Source of the DNA: Octopus bimaculoides
Lineage: Eukaryota
Assembly (NCBI RefSeq): GCF_001194135.2
Contig: NC_068996.1
Span: forward strand, 14,931,750 to 14,988,081
Direction of reading: 5' to 3'
Length of the DNA: 56,332 bases
Made by a program: the position numbers and the translations under genes
Shown here: piece by piece, positions 25,021 through 37,943 of the stretch
Layout of the letters: each line of letters opens with the position of its first letter
Position numbering within the stretch: the first letter of the stretch is position 1
Notes under the pieces: model-generated
What the model was told of the DNA's origin: nothing
The model's input: only the letters and a program-made list of their open reading frames with translations
The model's database searches: none

Positions 25021-25829
25021 CGAGTAGTATAATCTATGGAGTCAAAGAATCATGTTACTCTCACTGAACGCTCCTCTTACGGTTTCGGTTTCTTTTTATT
25101 TGCGTGCATTTTTACGTAATTTCAATTTCAATTTCTCCGCGTTTTTCATTTTTTTCATCCCTTATTATTTCTTTTTGCTATTTTTGCGTAAATTATGGAT
25201 AGTGAATACAATGTATAGGATATCTTAATTCATATGAGGGTGTTTTCGTGAGAAGAATTTTTTTTTCTCTATAATATATTCTTTCATTTTATTGTCTATA
25301 TTTTTCTGATCATATCAATATAATTTTGTCTATTTCTGATCTCCATACATTGTAAATATAAACAGTGAATTTTGTGTGAATATTTAGAGTTCAACTGTCG
25401 ATATAACTATGATGTTCTGGTAATCTGATGTGCTAACTTTATTGATTTGCATTGATTTTTGTGTATACAATTACAGCGTATAATGATGAGGATACATATC
25501 ATTGCAATCATGTTCGTATAATTTCTTTGCTGAAATTAATGTATTAAGAAGGTTGCGAAACAGCTGTAATCCTAAGGACGTTAAGTGGTTATATAAAGTT
25601 ATATTCATTTCTCATACATTCTGAATGTATGTATATGTTTGTGTGTGTGTGTGTGTGTATGCATGTGTGTGTGTGTTTGTTATGCATATGTATAAATATA
25701 TTATGCTCACACACACACACATACATACACATACATACGCTCAAAAAAGTGATTGTGAGCGAACAAGGCAGTGCGAGTGTGCTTGTCTGTGTTTGTGAAA
25801 ACAGAGAGAGAGAAAGAGAGAGTCAGACA

Positions 25830-25942
25830 GACAGGCAGACAGACAGACAGAGACAGACAGGCAGACAGAGACAGACAGGCAGACAGAGACAGACAGGCAG
25901 ACAGAGACAGACAGGCAGACAGAGACAGACAGGCAGACAGAG
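25830..25942. repeat. 18-bp minisatellite (cagacaggcagacagaga) x ~6
   Basis: Perfect tandem units; source of the RQTGRQ and VCLSVS pseudo-ORFs. Confidence 0.93.
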
Positions 25943-26373
25943 AAAGAGGGGGACGGGCAGCGGGTGCTCATTCTAACTATATTCAAAATCTATTGCAAAC
26001 TCAAGGGTATGAGATAAATTAGGCTTCTGTGGTTCANNNNNNNNNNNNNNNNNNNNNNNNNNNNNNNNNNNNNNNNNNNNNNNNNNNNNNNNNNNNNNNN
26101 NNNNNNNNNNNNNNNNNNNNNNNNNNNNNNNNNNNNNNNNNNNNNNNNNNNNNNNNNNNNNNNNNNNNNNNNNNNNNNNNNNNNNNNNNNNNNNNNNNNN
26201 NNNNNNNNNNNNNNNNNNNNNNNNNNNNNNNNNNNNNNNNNNNNNNNNNNNNNNNNNNNNNNNNNNNNNNNNNNNNNNNNNNNNNNNNNNNNNNNNNNNN
26301 NNNNNNNNNNNNNNNNNNNNNNNNNNNNNNNNNNNNNNNNNNNNNNNNNNNNNNNNNNNNNNNNNNNNNNNNN

Positions 26374-26411
<38 letters not shown>

Positions 26412-27028
26412 ACGTAATTTCTTCTTATAGATAAGATTAAGTAAAAATTCCCAAAAGAAATAACGAACAAACGGAAGATTGCGGAAACAATCATCATAAA
26501 TTTAGAATTTTCGCAAGAAATAGACAAGCTACCGGAAACGACGTTCAAGCACGCCAGTAGAGTGACAGTCAGTGAAGAGAGGGTGGGGACAATGGGGGGT
26601 GAGAGAGACTTTATGACGTGAGAGGACATTTTGCTCATAGCAACATCTTGGAGGGAGATACGTTGAGAATGCAACTCTTTTCTAGTTTGCAGCTTCGATC
26701 AACTTCGCACCGTTGTAATTTATTATTATAGCTGAATAAAATCATTATTGATAATGAGGCTCAGAAATTAGATATGTCAGACGGAAGCATGATGTCGAAA
26801 GCATATATATAAATTAAAATGAAAGTAATGTCATAGTTGCTTCGTTGCAAAAGTTTGCGGTGTAATGGCGTTCCTTGGTTTCGATTCTACTGGAGTGCAA
26901 CTAACAATGTTCAGCTTTGTGATTGAAATTTAGTTGACAAAATGGTGGATACACCATTTTTTATTTAACTATTTTTTTTTCCTACTGGAAAAATTCAGAA
27001 TTCAAAATTTTTATAGTCTGTAGATATA

Positions 27029-27209
27029 GGAGCAGGGTTTTTTGTTTGGTAAGAAGCTTGCTTCCAAACCACATAGATCCGGGTTCGGTCCCACTACCTG
27101 ATACCTGGGACAAATGTCCTCTATTGCAGCATTGGGCCTGCCGAAGCCTTGTGAATGGATTAGGTAGACGGAAACTGAAAGAATCTTCTCATATATAAGA
27201 AGCCCGTCA
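27029..27209 (+). mobile_element. SINE A/B, 5' (A) half
   Basis: ggtaagaagcttgcttccaaaccaca..gggttcggtcccac..gaagccttgtgaatgga..gacggaaactgaaagaa..agcccgtc. Confidence 0.8.
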
Positions 27210-27225
27210 TATATATATATAAGTA

Positions 27226-27410
27226 TATAGTTGAAATTTACAGAAAAACAAAAGACAAAGACAGGTGTATAAACAACAAACAGGTGTATTAGTTTAACGA
27301 TCGGGAAGGTGAGAAGGTAAGAAGGTCTTTTACGTTTCGAGCCTACGCACTTCAACAGAAAGGAACACAAGGAAATAATCAGAGAGAGAATAATAAAAAA
27401 CTTTTGGAGC
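27226..27410 (-). mobile_element. Family H repeat, copy 4 (best hammerhead-like motif)
   Basis: Minus strand 27362-27327 reads CTTT-CTGTTGA-A-GTGCGTAGGCTC-GAAAC-GTA-AAAG. Confidence 0.8.
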
Positions 27411-28410
27411 NNNNNNNNNNNNNNNNNNNNNNNNNNNNNNNNNNNNNNNNNNNNNNNNNNNNNNNNNNNNNNNNNNNNNNNNNNNNNNNNNNNNNNNNNN
27501 NNNNNNNNNNNNNNNNNNNNNNNNNNNNNNNNNNNNNNNNNNNNNNNNNNNNNNNNNNNNNNNNNNNNNNNNNNNNNNNNNNNNNNNNNNNNNNNNNNNN
27601 NNNNNNNNNNNNNNNNNNNNNNNNNNNNNNNNNNNNNNNNNNNNNNNNNNNNNNNNNNNNNNNNNNNNNNNNNNNNNNNNNNNNNNNNNNNNNNNNNNNN
27701 NNNNNNNNNNNNNNNNNNNNNNNNNNNNNNNNNNNNNNNNNNNNNNNNNNNNNNNNNNNNNNNNNNNNNNNNNNNNNNNNNNNNNNNNNNNNNNNNNNNN
27801 NNNNNNNNNNNNNNNNNNNNNNNNNNNNNNNNNNNNNNNNNNNNNNNNNNNNNNNNNNNNNNNNNNNNNNNNNNNNNNNNNNNNNNNNNNNNNNNNNNNN
27901 NNNNNNNNNNNNNNNNNNNNNNNNNNNNNNNNNNNNNNNNNNNNNNNNNNNNNNNNNNNNNNNNNNNNNNNNNNNNNNNNNNNNNNNNNNNNNNNNNNNN
28001 NNNNNNNNNNNNNNNNNNNNNNNNNNNNNNNNNNNNNNNNNNNNNNNNNNNNNNNNNNNNNNNNNNNNNNNNNNNNNNNNNNNNNNNNNNNNNNNNNNNN
28101 NNNNNNNNNNNNNNNNNNNNNNNNNNNNNNNNNNNNNNNNNNNNNNNNNNNNNNNNNNNNNNNNNNNNNNNNNNNNNNNNNNNNNNNNNNNNNNNNNNNN
28201 NNNNNNNNNNNNNNNNNNNNNNNNNNNNNNNNNNNNNNNNNNNNNNNNNNNNNNNNNNNNNNNNNNNNNNNNNNNNNNNNNNNNNNNNNNNNNNNNNNNN
28301 NNNNNNNNNNNNNNNNNNNNNNNNNNNNNNNNNNNNNNNNNNNNNNNNNNNNNNNNNNNNNNNNNNNNNNNNNNNNNNNNNNNNNNNNNNNNNNNNNNNN
28401 NNCTGTGTGT

Positions 28411-28800
28411 GGAGGTGCAATGGCCCAGTAGTTAGAGCAGTGGACTCGCGGTCATAAGATCGCGGTTTCGATTCCCAGACCGGGCGATGTGAGTGTTTAT
28501 TGAGCGAAAACACCTAAAGCTCCACGAGGCTCTGGCAGGGGATGGTGACGAACCCTGCTGTACTCTTTCACCACAACATTCTCTCACTCTTACTTCCTGT
28601 TTCTGTTGTGCCTGTAATTCAAAGGATCAGCCTTGTCACACTGTGTCACGCTGAATATCCCCGAGAACTACGTTAAGGGTACACGTGTCTGTGGAGTGCT
28701 CAGCCACTTGCACGTTAATTTCACGAGCAGGCTGTTCCGTTGATCGGATCAACTAGAACCCTCGACGTCGTAAGCGACGGAGTGCCAAGAACAGCAACAA
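28411..28800 (+). mobile_element. Full-length young tRNA-derived SINE, family E (~390 bp)
   Basis: A box tggcccagtagttag, B box ggtttcgattccc, 3' end ...gacggagtgcca plus an (ACA)-like tail; very similar to copies at 45911 and 56037. Confidence 0.9.
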
Positions 28801-28894
28801 TATACATGTGTATACATATACATACATACATGCATGGCTGCAGTCTAATGACTGAAACAAGTAAAAGATAGAAAAATATATGTATGTATGCATG

Positions 28895-28959
<65 letters not shown>

Positions 28960-29447
28960 ATACGCACATAAGTGTGCGCGCGCATGTGTATAATTTAAAT
29001 GACGAGAGGAGAAATCAAATTGACATTACAATTGTTTCCATAAACAGGTAATATTCTTATACCATATCTCATACAATGTTATTCAATTCATACATGTCAT
29101 ATTATATGGAAATATGTAATAATTCTATAGTCCATTCACTTCCTCAGATGTCATGATTTGAAGGCACCATTGCCCAAATGATGTTTTGAGATGAGTTCAT
29201 TTGGGCACATCACAGTATGTAACTAGACTGAATGCTTAGAAATTTCACTTGCTATCTCCTGTAGGTTTTAAGAAAATATATCCTAATAAAAATTAGGTCA
29301 AAGGAAACTAAGACGAAACCGGTTGCAAGTTGTCGTATTCAATCCGCGGAGCTTATTTTAAGTGTAAAATACGAGTGTGCTTTGGAATTGTGTAGTGTTC
29401 CCATTTATATCAATCGAAGTCTTACAGATCTTCTTTTGATCCTGGAA

Positions 29448-29487
<40 letters not shown>

Positions 29488-29836
29488 NNNNNNNNNNNNN
29501 NNNNNNNNNNNNNNNNNNNNNNNNNNNNNNNNNNNNNNNNNNNNNNNNNNNNNNNNNNNNNNNNNNNNNNNNNNNNNNNNNNNNNNNNNNNNNNNNNNNN
29601 NNNNNNNNNNNNNNNNNNNNNNNNNNNNNNNNNNNNNNNNNNNNNNNNNNNNNNNNNNNNNNNNNNNNNNNNNNNNNNNNNNNNNNNNNNNNNNNNNNNN
29701 NNNNNNNNNNNNNNNNNNNNNNNNNNNNNNNNNNNNNNNNNNNNNNNNNNNNNNNNNNNNNNNNNNNNNNNNNNNNNNNNNNNNNNNNNNNNNNNNNNNN
29801 NNNNNNNNNNNNNNNNNNNNNNNNNNNNNNNNNNNN

Positions 29837-30813
29837 AATCAAGGGGGTTGCAGTCTAGATGTTAGGAGTAATGTTGTCACAGAAATTGTCTGACAAACAT
29901 GCCTGGGTTTTCCAGCTTGTGTGGCATGGTGCAGAGTCCTCTTGCTAGACATATGATCTTCCAGCAGCCACTCTCTTGAACCAGGACAGCACTATCTCCC
30001 CCAGGCACTTGATGTAGGCCTACGTGTTGAGTGTGAGGCCGTGTGGGAAGGTGAATGGCGGCATAACGTCGCCATCATAGTGTTCACTCCAAACACCATG
30101 ATGTTGACTGGATGTTTGATTTTTATCACTTTCGGTACATGTTTTGGAAATATGTCAAGCCAATGGTTGTTCTGTGTTTTCACATCGATCCTGGCAGAAA
30201 TTTTTCCCGTCTGAGAAAAATCAAAGCAAGTTCGGTTGCGGGGGATACTTGAGATTTTTCAAAAGCTTCGTAGCGCGATCTTTCCTCTTGTCCTTGCTGG
30301 CTTGGGATAAAATTTGTCCCTTTCTCATCTTGTATGAGGAATACCAAATGTCTTTATTTACGATCTGGCTGATAAGGAACTCAGACACTCCCATGCCCTG
30401 GTGATGGGCCTAATTGACTTGGAGGGATCGTTGAAAATCATGACGTGGATCTCACCAACAAATTCAGGAATTCTTTTATCAAAACGATTAGAGAGAGTTT
30501 TCCAAGCTGCCGTACCTTCGTAATTACTATTAGACTCATCCAACTCTTTCTGAATCCTCTGAAATATCTTCAAATTGACACCCAAACACTCTGAAATATT
30601 CGTATTGGAGCTTCCGGCGCGAATGCCAAGCAGTTACAGCATATCGTTTCCAAATTCCTGGCAAAAAGAAGTGCGTCATGATGTTGTTTTTCTCACAAAC
30701 GGTGCACAACTGACCCTACTATACTATGTAGTCGACAAAATCAAAAACAAACAATATGCATGCACGAAATTGAGAATATAAAATAGTGGCGAAAATTTAC
30801 TCATCGCACCGTG
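29837..30813 (-). mobile_element. Decayed Tc1/mariner transposase, probably DD37D (maT) type; 3' end lost in gap
   Basis: 5' end ta|cacggtgcgatgagtaaa. Translation ..NDPSKSIR..YKMRKGQILS..FFSDGKNFCQD..KHPVNIMVFGV..QEDSAPCHT..DCNPL. The 37 spacing holds only if a ~15-nt deletion (PPNSP) is restored. Confidence 0.88.
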
Positions 30814-30864
30814 TATGTATGTATGTATGTATTTATATATATATATATGTGTGTGTGTATGTGT

Positions 30865-30960
<96 letters not shown>

Positions 30961-31339
30961 CCATTTTGCAACTTAATGGAGTTATTTCTGATGCTGAAAA
31001 CATGGCAAGTAATGAAGCCCGCCTTGTTCTTGTACTTATTCTTTAGCCAAAAGTGCCATGTTCATTTTATATATATTCTTTTATGTATTTGCATTTGGTA
31101 GCTTGTTGAATATCGTTGTCAGTTGTTTGCAGCAAATTGCTTACCAATCCTTGTTGCGGTGAAATCACATGCTCATGGGTTTTGTGTTATATACAATAAG
31201 TTGATTGACATTGCCAGTTGCTGTGAATGCAGAAGGAGAAGTAGAGAACAACGTATTCAGAAGACATGAAGAAAATCGTGTCTAACATGCATTAATGTTA
31301 ACATATATAAAAAATGAAAACAGAATAAAACCGAAAGAC

Positions 31340-31653
31340 TTAGAGCTGAGAGAAAAGAGTTTGAGGAAGAGAGAGAGGGGGAAAAGGGAGGGAGGAAGGA
31401 AGGAGAAAGAGAGAGGGAGGAAAGTGAGAGAAAGCTTCAGAAATTAGGCAGAAAGGGTGGGAATGTCCAAAAAGCTATTGAGAGAGAAAAAGAAACTGAG
31501 AGAAACACAAAGAAATAAAGGGTGAGATAGAGAGAGAAAGAATATCAGAAAGAAAGATGGAGAATATAGGAGAGGGATTGTGTCTCGTGAGGGAGAGATA
31601 AGAATTGAGACAGACAGAAGAAGAGAGAGAAAGGAAAAGATAGAGAAAGAGAA

Positions 31654-31716
<63 letters not shown>

Positions 31717-31810
31717 GAAAGGGAGTGAGAAAGCAGGAGAAAAAGAGGAAAACAAGTGTGCGTGTATGTGTGTGTAAGAGAAAGAAAACGAGAAAGGGTG
31801 AAAGAAGGAG
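31340..31810. repeat. Polypurine GA-rich tract with (GA)n core
   Basis: Directly visible. Confidence 0.92.
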
Positions 31811-32350
31811 GGTAATTGAAAATAATCACAGATTTCAAAACGGATTAGCGGTATTGATTTTTGTTAGTTGCAGGTATTGAATTGTCAATCATGTCCAGAG
31901 GAATTTAGATTAAAGCAAAAACCAACAACGACTTCATTAGCGGCAAGAATACAAAAAAAAAATAAAAAAAAAAAAAATAAAAACTTTGCAATTTGATCAT
32001 TTATAAAACCTACCATTGATCTCGTAGGAATTTAATCCTAACAACAGAATTAGGAAAGTGACCAGGGTTGTGATGTTGCAATCTTGACGCCGTTTCTTAA
32101 CGCTTTTTTTTTTGTGTGTGTGCTTGTGTGTATCTCCGTGAGTGTGTGGGAATGTATGTAAGAGTGTAGGGAAGAGAGTGTATGTGCATGCATGTGCAAA
32201 TGTATGTTTGCGTATAAAAGTGAGTGCGTGTGTGACTGTATGTGAGTGAGTTCGTGTGTATGTATGAATATGTGTTTATATGTGTGTGTGTATATATAAA
32301 TGTAATATGTACATATACATACATATATATTTATATATATATATATACAA

Positions 32351-32435
<85 letters not shown>

Positions 32436-32897
32436 NNNNNNNNNNNNNNNNNNNNNNNNNNNNNNNNNNNNNNNNNNNNNNNNNNNNNNNNNNNNNNNNN
32501 NNNNNNNNNNNNNNNNNNNNNNNNNNNNNNNNNNNNNNNNNNNNNNNNNNNNNNNNNNNNNNNNNNNNNNNNNNNNNNNNNNNNNNNNNNNNNNNNNNNN
32601 NNNNNNNNNNNNNNNNNNNNNNNNNNNNNNNNNNNNNNNNNNNNNNNNNNNNNNNNNNNNNNNNNNNNNNNNNNNNNNNNNNNNNNNNNNNNNNNNNNNN
32701 NNNNNNNNNNNNNNNNNNNNNNNNNNNNNNNNNNNNNNNNNNNNNNNNNNNNNNNNNNNNNNNNNNNNNNNNNNNNNNNNNNNNNNNNNNNNNNNNNNNN
32801 NNNNNNNNNNNNNNNNNNNNNNNNNNNNNNNNNNNNNNNNNNNNNNNNNNNNNNNNNNNNNNNNNNNNNNNNNNNNNNNNNNNNNNNNNNNNNNNNN

Positions 32898-32957
<60 letters not shown>

Positions 32958-33093
32958 TGCACACATATATATATACACGCACAGAGTTGTGTATATGTGT
33001 ATGTTAACGAGATTATATAAACTATATTGTTACTGATGACGTCATTGCTTTTCTTTTTCTTTTAATTATTATTGCTGTTGTTGTTGTTCTTAA

Positions 33094-33292
33094 GGCGGCG
33101 GGCAGGCAGAATCGTAAGCGCACAATGCAAAGTGATCAACCGCGTTTCTCGGTGTCTACGTTCTGAGTTCCAATTCAGCCGAGATCGACATTGCCTTTCA
33201 TCCTTCTTGGGTCGATAAATAAAGTACTAGTGAAACATTGGGGTCAATATAATCGATTTACCACCACCCCTAAAATTTCTGGCCTTGTGCCT
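33094..33292 (+). mobile_element. tRNA-headed SINE, family C
   Basis: ggcggcgggcaggcagaatcg..tacgttctgagttccaattcagccgagatcgacattgcctttcatccttcttgggtcgataaataaagtac..ggccttgtgcct. Confidence 0.8.
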
Positions 33293-34149
33293 TGCTGTTA
33301 TGATCCTCATCTTCATCGTGATCGCCATTAAATCGGCGAGTACCATTCATGTACTGAAGCGGTGGTATCGACTAAGCTCTCCCTTTTGAAACTGCTGTTC
33401 TTGTGCTTAAATCGGAAGCCATTATGTTTTTAGAAAAATCGTTTCTTGAGAATTTGGAAGAAAATTGTCTAAGCAACAAAATTTCATGTTGGATAAAATA
33501 TAAATTAAATCTAGAGCGGACACTTTATAATTTCGCCGCAGGCACCAAATTTATTTTGCCAAATTATTTTCATTGGCAGTGGATTAGCTGCCACAATTAG
33601 ACTGTGCTGTTGAAGAGTCTTGTGTAGAAATGTTGGGCGTTTTAACGGCTATCGTAGACTCTAAGTTATCATGTGGAGGTTCCACTGTAACAGGGAAAAC
33701 TTTGAACAGTTTATGATATTGGAAATAATTAGGATCAATATAGAATTATTTAAATTAGTTGATCGGCGTAAGCCATGTGTTTTTAATAATAATTTGATCA
33801 TTCGATAGAGTTTATCATAATATAATCCTAGTAATTATAGGATTTAAAATATACATCAATTGCTGTTTTCATTCAAAATTCCCTATACGTTAATCTATCT
33901 GTCTGTCTGTCAGCCTGCCAATCTGCCTGTCTGTCTGTCTATTCAAGCACTAAAGTCGGGTCAATGAAATTGCTATCGCATATAAAACAGAATTAGAGGT
34001 ACCTATACATACATACCAAAGTACAGAGGGATTTATATTCCAATTGCATCTACGATCACAAAGTACAAATACCGTACCAGTTGTACTGCACTCAATAGAC
34101 TCGCTAATTGCAGCTTCAAGTGGTTCACTTAGTACAAGACATCAACTCA

Positions 34150-34610
34150 ATCTGGAGTGGGTGATGCCCTCCAATTCCAAAATAGAAATCTGTCCATGTG
34201 TCTACAGCTATTAAAAATGTCATATCTGAAGTTACAGTTACAAATGATTTGAAAAGAAGAATTATGTCGGGTTATGTAATGGAGAATTCAATAGACGTTA
34301 TGCAAGCCACTTATCTTCTTTCTAGCACATGCATTAAAGTAATGCAACTAAGTTAGCTAGCCACAAATAGAATTTGAAGAGCAGTTCCTCACCACATACT
34401 AATAAGAGGAGAATAGTGGAGAAATCCCAGTCATATCTTAACGGATCAATGAAATGCAACCTGTGCGAAGCAGAAAGATCTCATATTCTTCTTAAATTCA
34501 GCATTTCCAATACACTGCTTAATTCCAGATCTGAAATTTTTACCAGGTGTAGACACATGGACAGATTTCTTTTATCGAACTGGAGGAGAACACTCGCTCC
34601 GAATTGAGTA
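34150..34610 (+). mobile_element. Penelope-like element, decayed GIY-YIG endonuclease C-terminus
   Basis: NYVGLCNGEFNRRYASHLSSF*..ATKLASH..RIVEKSQSYLNGSMKCNLCEAERSHIL..LLNSRSEIFTRCRHMDRFLLSN matches the YIG..FKxRY..H..CxLC..LNxRSE..CRH PLE pattern. Confidence 0.8.
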
Positions 34611-35059
34611 GCTTTCTCGCAAATTTAGACATATTTTCTGAAAATTTTGTTTTAAACCGGTTGTATTTAATGAGCTTTCATCAATCAGTGGGGACGAGGA
34701 TCTTAATTTTCTTGATTTCGTTTCTATTTACTCGTTCCACTTTTTTGCACCGACCTTCTTCACGTTTTATCAACGTTTTTTCTCATTTTCTCACTGTCCA
34801 GTATCCTAGTTTTTTTAATATATATCTAATGTATAAACAGAGCCTGAAAGATTACTTAAAGACACATGGCGTATTTTATAAATATTCCTGTTCAAGTATC
34901 ATAAAGACGTGGAATTATTAGTAGCTTTTTCGATTGTACATTAAATTGATAAATATATATATTAATATATATATTCCCCTCCATTTTCTTATTGCTATGT
35001 ATTAATATATATATATACGCCAATTTAGCTGTCTAGATATCAATGTATTTAACTGATTT

Positions 35060-35220
35060 TCTGTTTATCTATCGATCGATTTATTTGTCTATCTATCGAT
35101 CTATCTATCGATCTATCTATCGATCTATCTATCGATCTATCTATCTATTTACCTACCTACCTACCTACCTATCTACCTATCTATACTATATCTATTTATC
35201 TATCTATCTAACTATCTATT
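35060..35220. repeat. (ATCT)/(ATCG)/(ACCT)n tetranucleotide array
   Basis: Directly visible. Confidence 0.93.
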
Positions 35221-36387
35221 TCATATCTCAGATCACTTCCCTTCTGGTAAGTGTTATAAGCGAATCAGCGAAAGCAGTTTGAACTCCAAGATGTTCCTGT
35301 CATAGTAAGCTACATCGAGGAACATAGCTTCGCCAAAAGGGATTCATCTTTGTACATACTTTGTATTGACGGTAGTGAGGGCAGTACAATCCACGCCAGA
35401 CACACAATATCTTCATTACTTTTTTATGAATTTGTTTCCAACCAACATAGATCCTATCTAATTGTACATCGGTGCTCAGTATATCTCCATCATTTTCTAC
35501 TATACACTCCTGCCGACCTCCTACACAACAAAACCACTGGTTTCTAACTCTGTTCCATCTATGCTTTCTCCTAAATCCTAGAATATCTGATCCACTCAAC
35601 CATTTTCCCAAATCCTATGTCTTCGTCGAGTTTAATTTCGTGTCCCTATTCAAAAACAATGTGTTAATTCGTCTTTGATCAAACTGGAACGCTTGTGGAC
35701 ACCCACTAAAACGAGCCTCGAGCAATCTACCGCTTAATTATTTACTACCCTAGCTCTTATCCTTTCTTTCTTTTTTTCTTTCTTTCTTACTTACTTACTT
35801 TCTTACTTACTTACTTTCTTTCATAGGAAGCATGATGCATATGCCATGAAGGCAATACTGAAACTCTTCAAAATCCGTAAAATCTTTGGCCATTCCTCCA
35901 TATTCCTAACATAATACTTACTTTCATACTCTGGAGCGTCTTTGATTCCGGTCTCTTTCCCAAAATGTCTTATTCCCAATTTTAAATAAAACATTAAAAA
36001 AAAAAAACACTTTTACAACATGACGTAGCTCATTCTTTTATCATGTAAGAGTATGTATTTTTCACAGTTCCTCCCACCATTTAATATAATCTTTAATTAT
36101 TTCCGAAGAATGTAAGTTTTGGTTGCAGCAATCCTTTGCTTTTATCAATGTAAAACAGAACCGTCATTAAATTACTTCGTTTTTGTATTCCTCACCATTC
36201 TATTTTGATAATTTTGAGAAGAATCAAACAAAAATTAAGGCAAGAGAAAGGGATGAAGAATTCCTGGCCAAGAATTCTGCGCCATAAACTCTGTTACAAG
36301 AAAATAAAAGAACATGCACGGTTTTTAATGAAACTAGTCATAGAACATATAATTCGAAAATAACACGATCCAGTTTTAGGTGAAAGC

Positions 36388-37075
36388 TGGACTTCTTCTT
36401 CTTCTTCTCCTCCTCCTCCTCCTCCTCCTAACTTCCTCCTTCTTCTTCTCTCCTATTCCTCCTCCTCCTTTTCTTCCTACTCTTCCTTCTCCTTTTTCTT
36501 ATCCTCCTCCTGCTCCCTCTTCCTTTTCTTCCTGGTCCTTTTTCTTCAGCTTCTCCATTTCTTCCTCCTTCTTCAGTTTTTCTTCTTCACCTCCTTCTCT
36601 TCCTCCTCTAATCCCTTCTTCTCCTCTTTTTCCTCACTTCCTTCTCTTTCTCCTTTAATCCTTTCTTCTTCTCCCTCTCTTCCTCACCTCTTTCTCTTCC
36701 TCAAATCCCTTCTTCTCCCCTTCTTCCTCACCTCCTCTTCCTCCTCTAACCCCTTCTCCTCCCCCTCTTGCACACCTTCTCTTTCTCCTCCTATCCTTTC
36801 TTCTTCTCCCTTTCTTCCTCATCTCCTTCTCTTCCTATAATCCCTTCTTCTTCGCCTTCTTTTCCTCCTCTAATCCCTTCTTCTCCCCTTCTTCCTCACC
36901 TCCTTCGCTTCCTCCTCTAACTCCTTTTTTCACCTCCTCTTCGTTTATCTTTACTTCCTGTTCCCCCCCCTTCTTGTTCTTTTACTTCGCCTTCTTGCTG
37001 TAGTTATTCTTCTCCTTCTCCCCTTTCTTCTACGTTTTCCTCATTCACTTTCGTTCTGTTTCTACCTTCCACATC
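36388..37075. repeat. Polypyrimidine (C/T) imperfect minisatellite
   Basis: Recurrent tcctctaatcccttcttctcc and cttcctcacctc units over ~690 bp. Confidence 0.9.
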
Positions 37076-37803
37076 TTCTACACAACAACATAGAAGGAAG
37101 AAGGCGACAATTTAGTGTCAGTTGATTGCAATCCATTAAGAAGAATTTGAAATCAATGAAATAAACAACCACATAAGCAGTTATCGAACGTTAAATGCGA
37201 AATCTTCATATAGTATGAACATTTCGCAGTTAATTCATTATTGAATGCGTTTTAAGTAGCGGTGTAATATAAAAAGAAACGGACCTGTAAAATAACTGGC
37301 AGCTCTTTGGGAATGTTCCAAATTGTGTGAGCCGGAAAGAGATGGCATTATTTGTGGTTAAGAAAGCAAGGAAGGGAGAGATATGAAATGGTAGAAAGAT
37401 ATTATGTCTATTATGGTTCTCTTAATCGCAGAGATAGAGTTATTATGATTCTCTTAATCGCAGAGTTGACAGTGTGTGTGTATGTGTGTGTGTGTTTATA
37501 AATATATAGATAGATAGATACATAGATTATAAATAAGGCCAAAAGAAAAGGTTTTCTATGCCAATATGCTGAAAATGGACCTTAGGTCGTCTAACCACAT
37601 ATAATATTTTCCACTATAAATACACGGCGTGCTGAAACAAGGAAAGCAAGCCAGCAGACATTTTAAAAACATTTTTTTTCTTCATTCTTTATTCACGAAT
37701 CGAACCGATTTCTGGATTAATTCACAAGGATTCTTCCTTCTTTGGCGAGAAACACGATTAGAAAAGAATGGAACACTCACATATACCCACGGAAAAAGCA
37801 GAT

Positions 37804-37943
37804 TTATTATATCCCTTCATCGGAGACGGTGTGAGAGGATAGTTAAGTAATAGCATCTTATCTAAACTAACTATTGCTTAACCATCCTTCACACCGTCTC
37901 CGATGAAGGGACATAATAAGTATCCTTTAAACAGCTGTAAGAC
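37804..37943 (+). ncRNA. Inverted repeat whose right arm begins a hammerhead-like motif
   Basis: Arms 37804-37853 and 37871-37919 (3 substitutions, 1 indel). 37896-37943 reads GTCT-CCGATGA-AGGGAC..TATCCTT-TAAAC-AGCT-GTA-AGAC. Confidence 0.55.

Noticed and set aside
25973-26674. Hydrophobic minus-strand ORF (MSKMSSHVIKSLSPP...)
   Set aside because: It ends in (GT)n and N, has no recognisable family, and its hydrophobicity is what the antisense of a hydrophilic frame would give.
28411-28486. tRNA-like sequences at SINE heads (also 16693, 38308, 46451)
   Set aside because: A and B boxes are present, but there is no complete cloverleaf or acceptor stem and each continues into a SINE body.
29170-29207. 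11-bp inverted repeat tgcccaaatga / tcatttgggca
   Set aside because: Too short and isolated to support a function.
35300-35611. 103-aa minus-strand ORF
   Set aside because: Possibly LINE debris, but no diagnostic motif is present.
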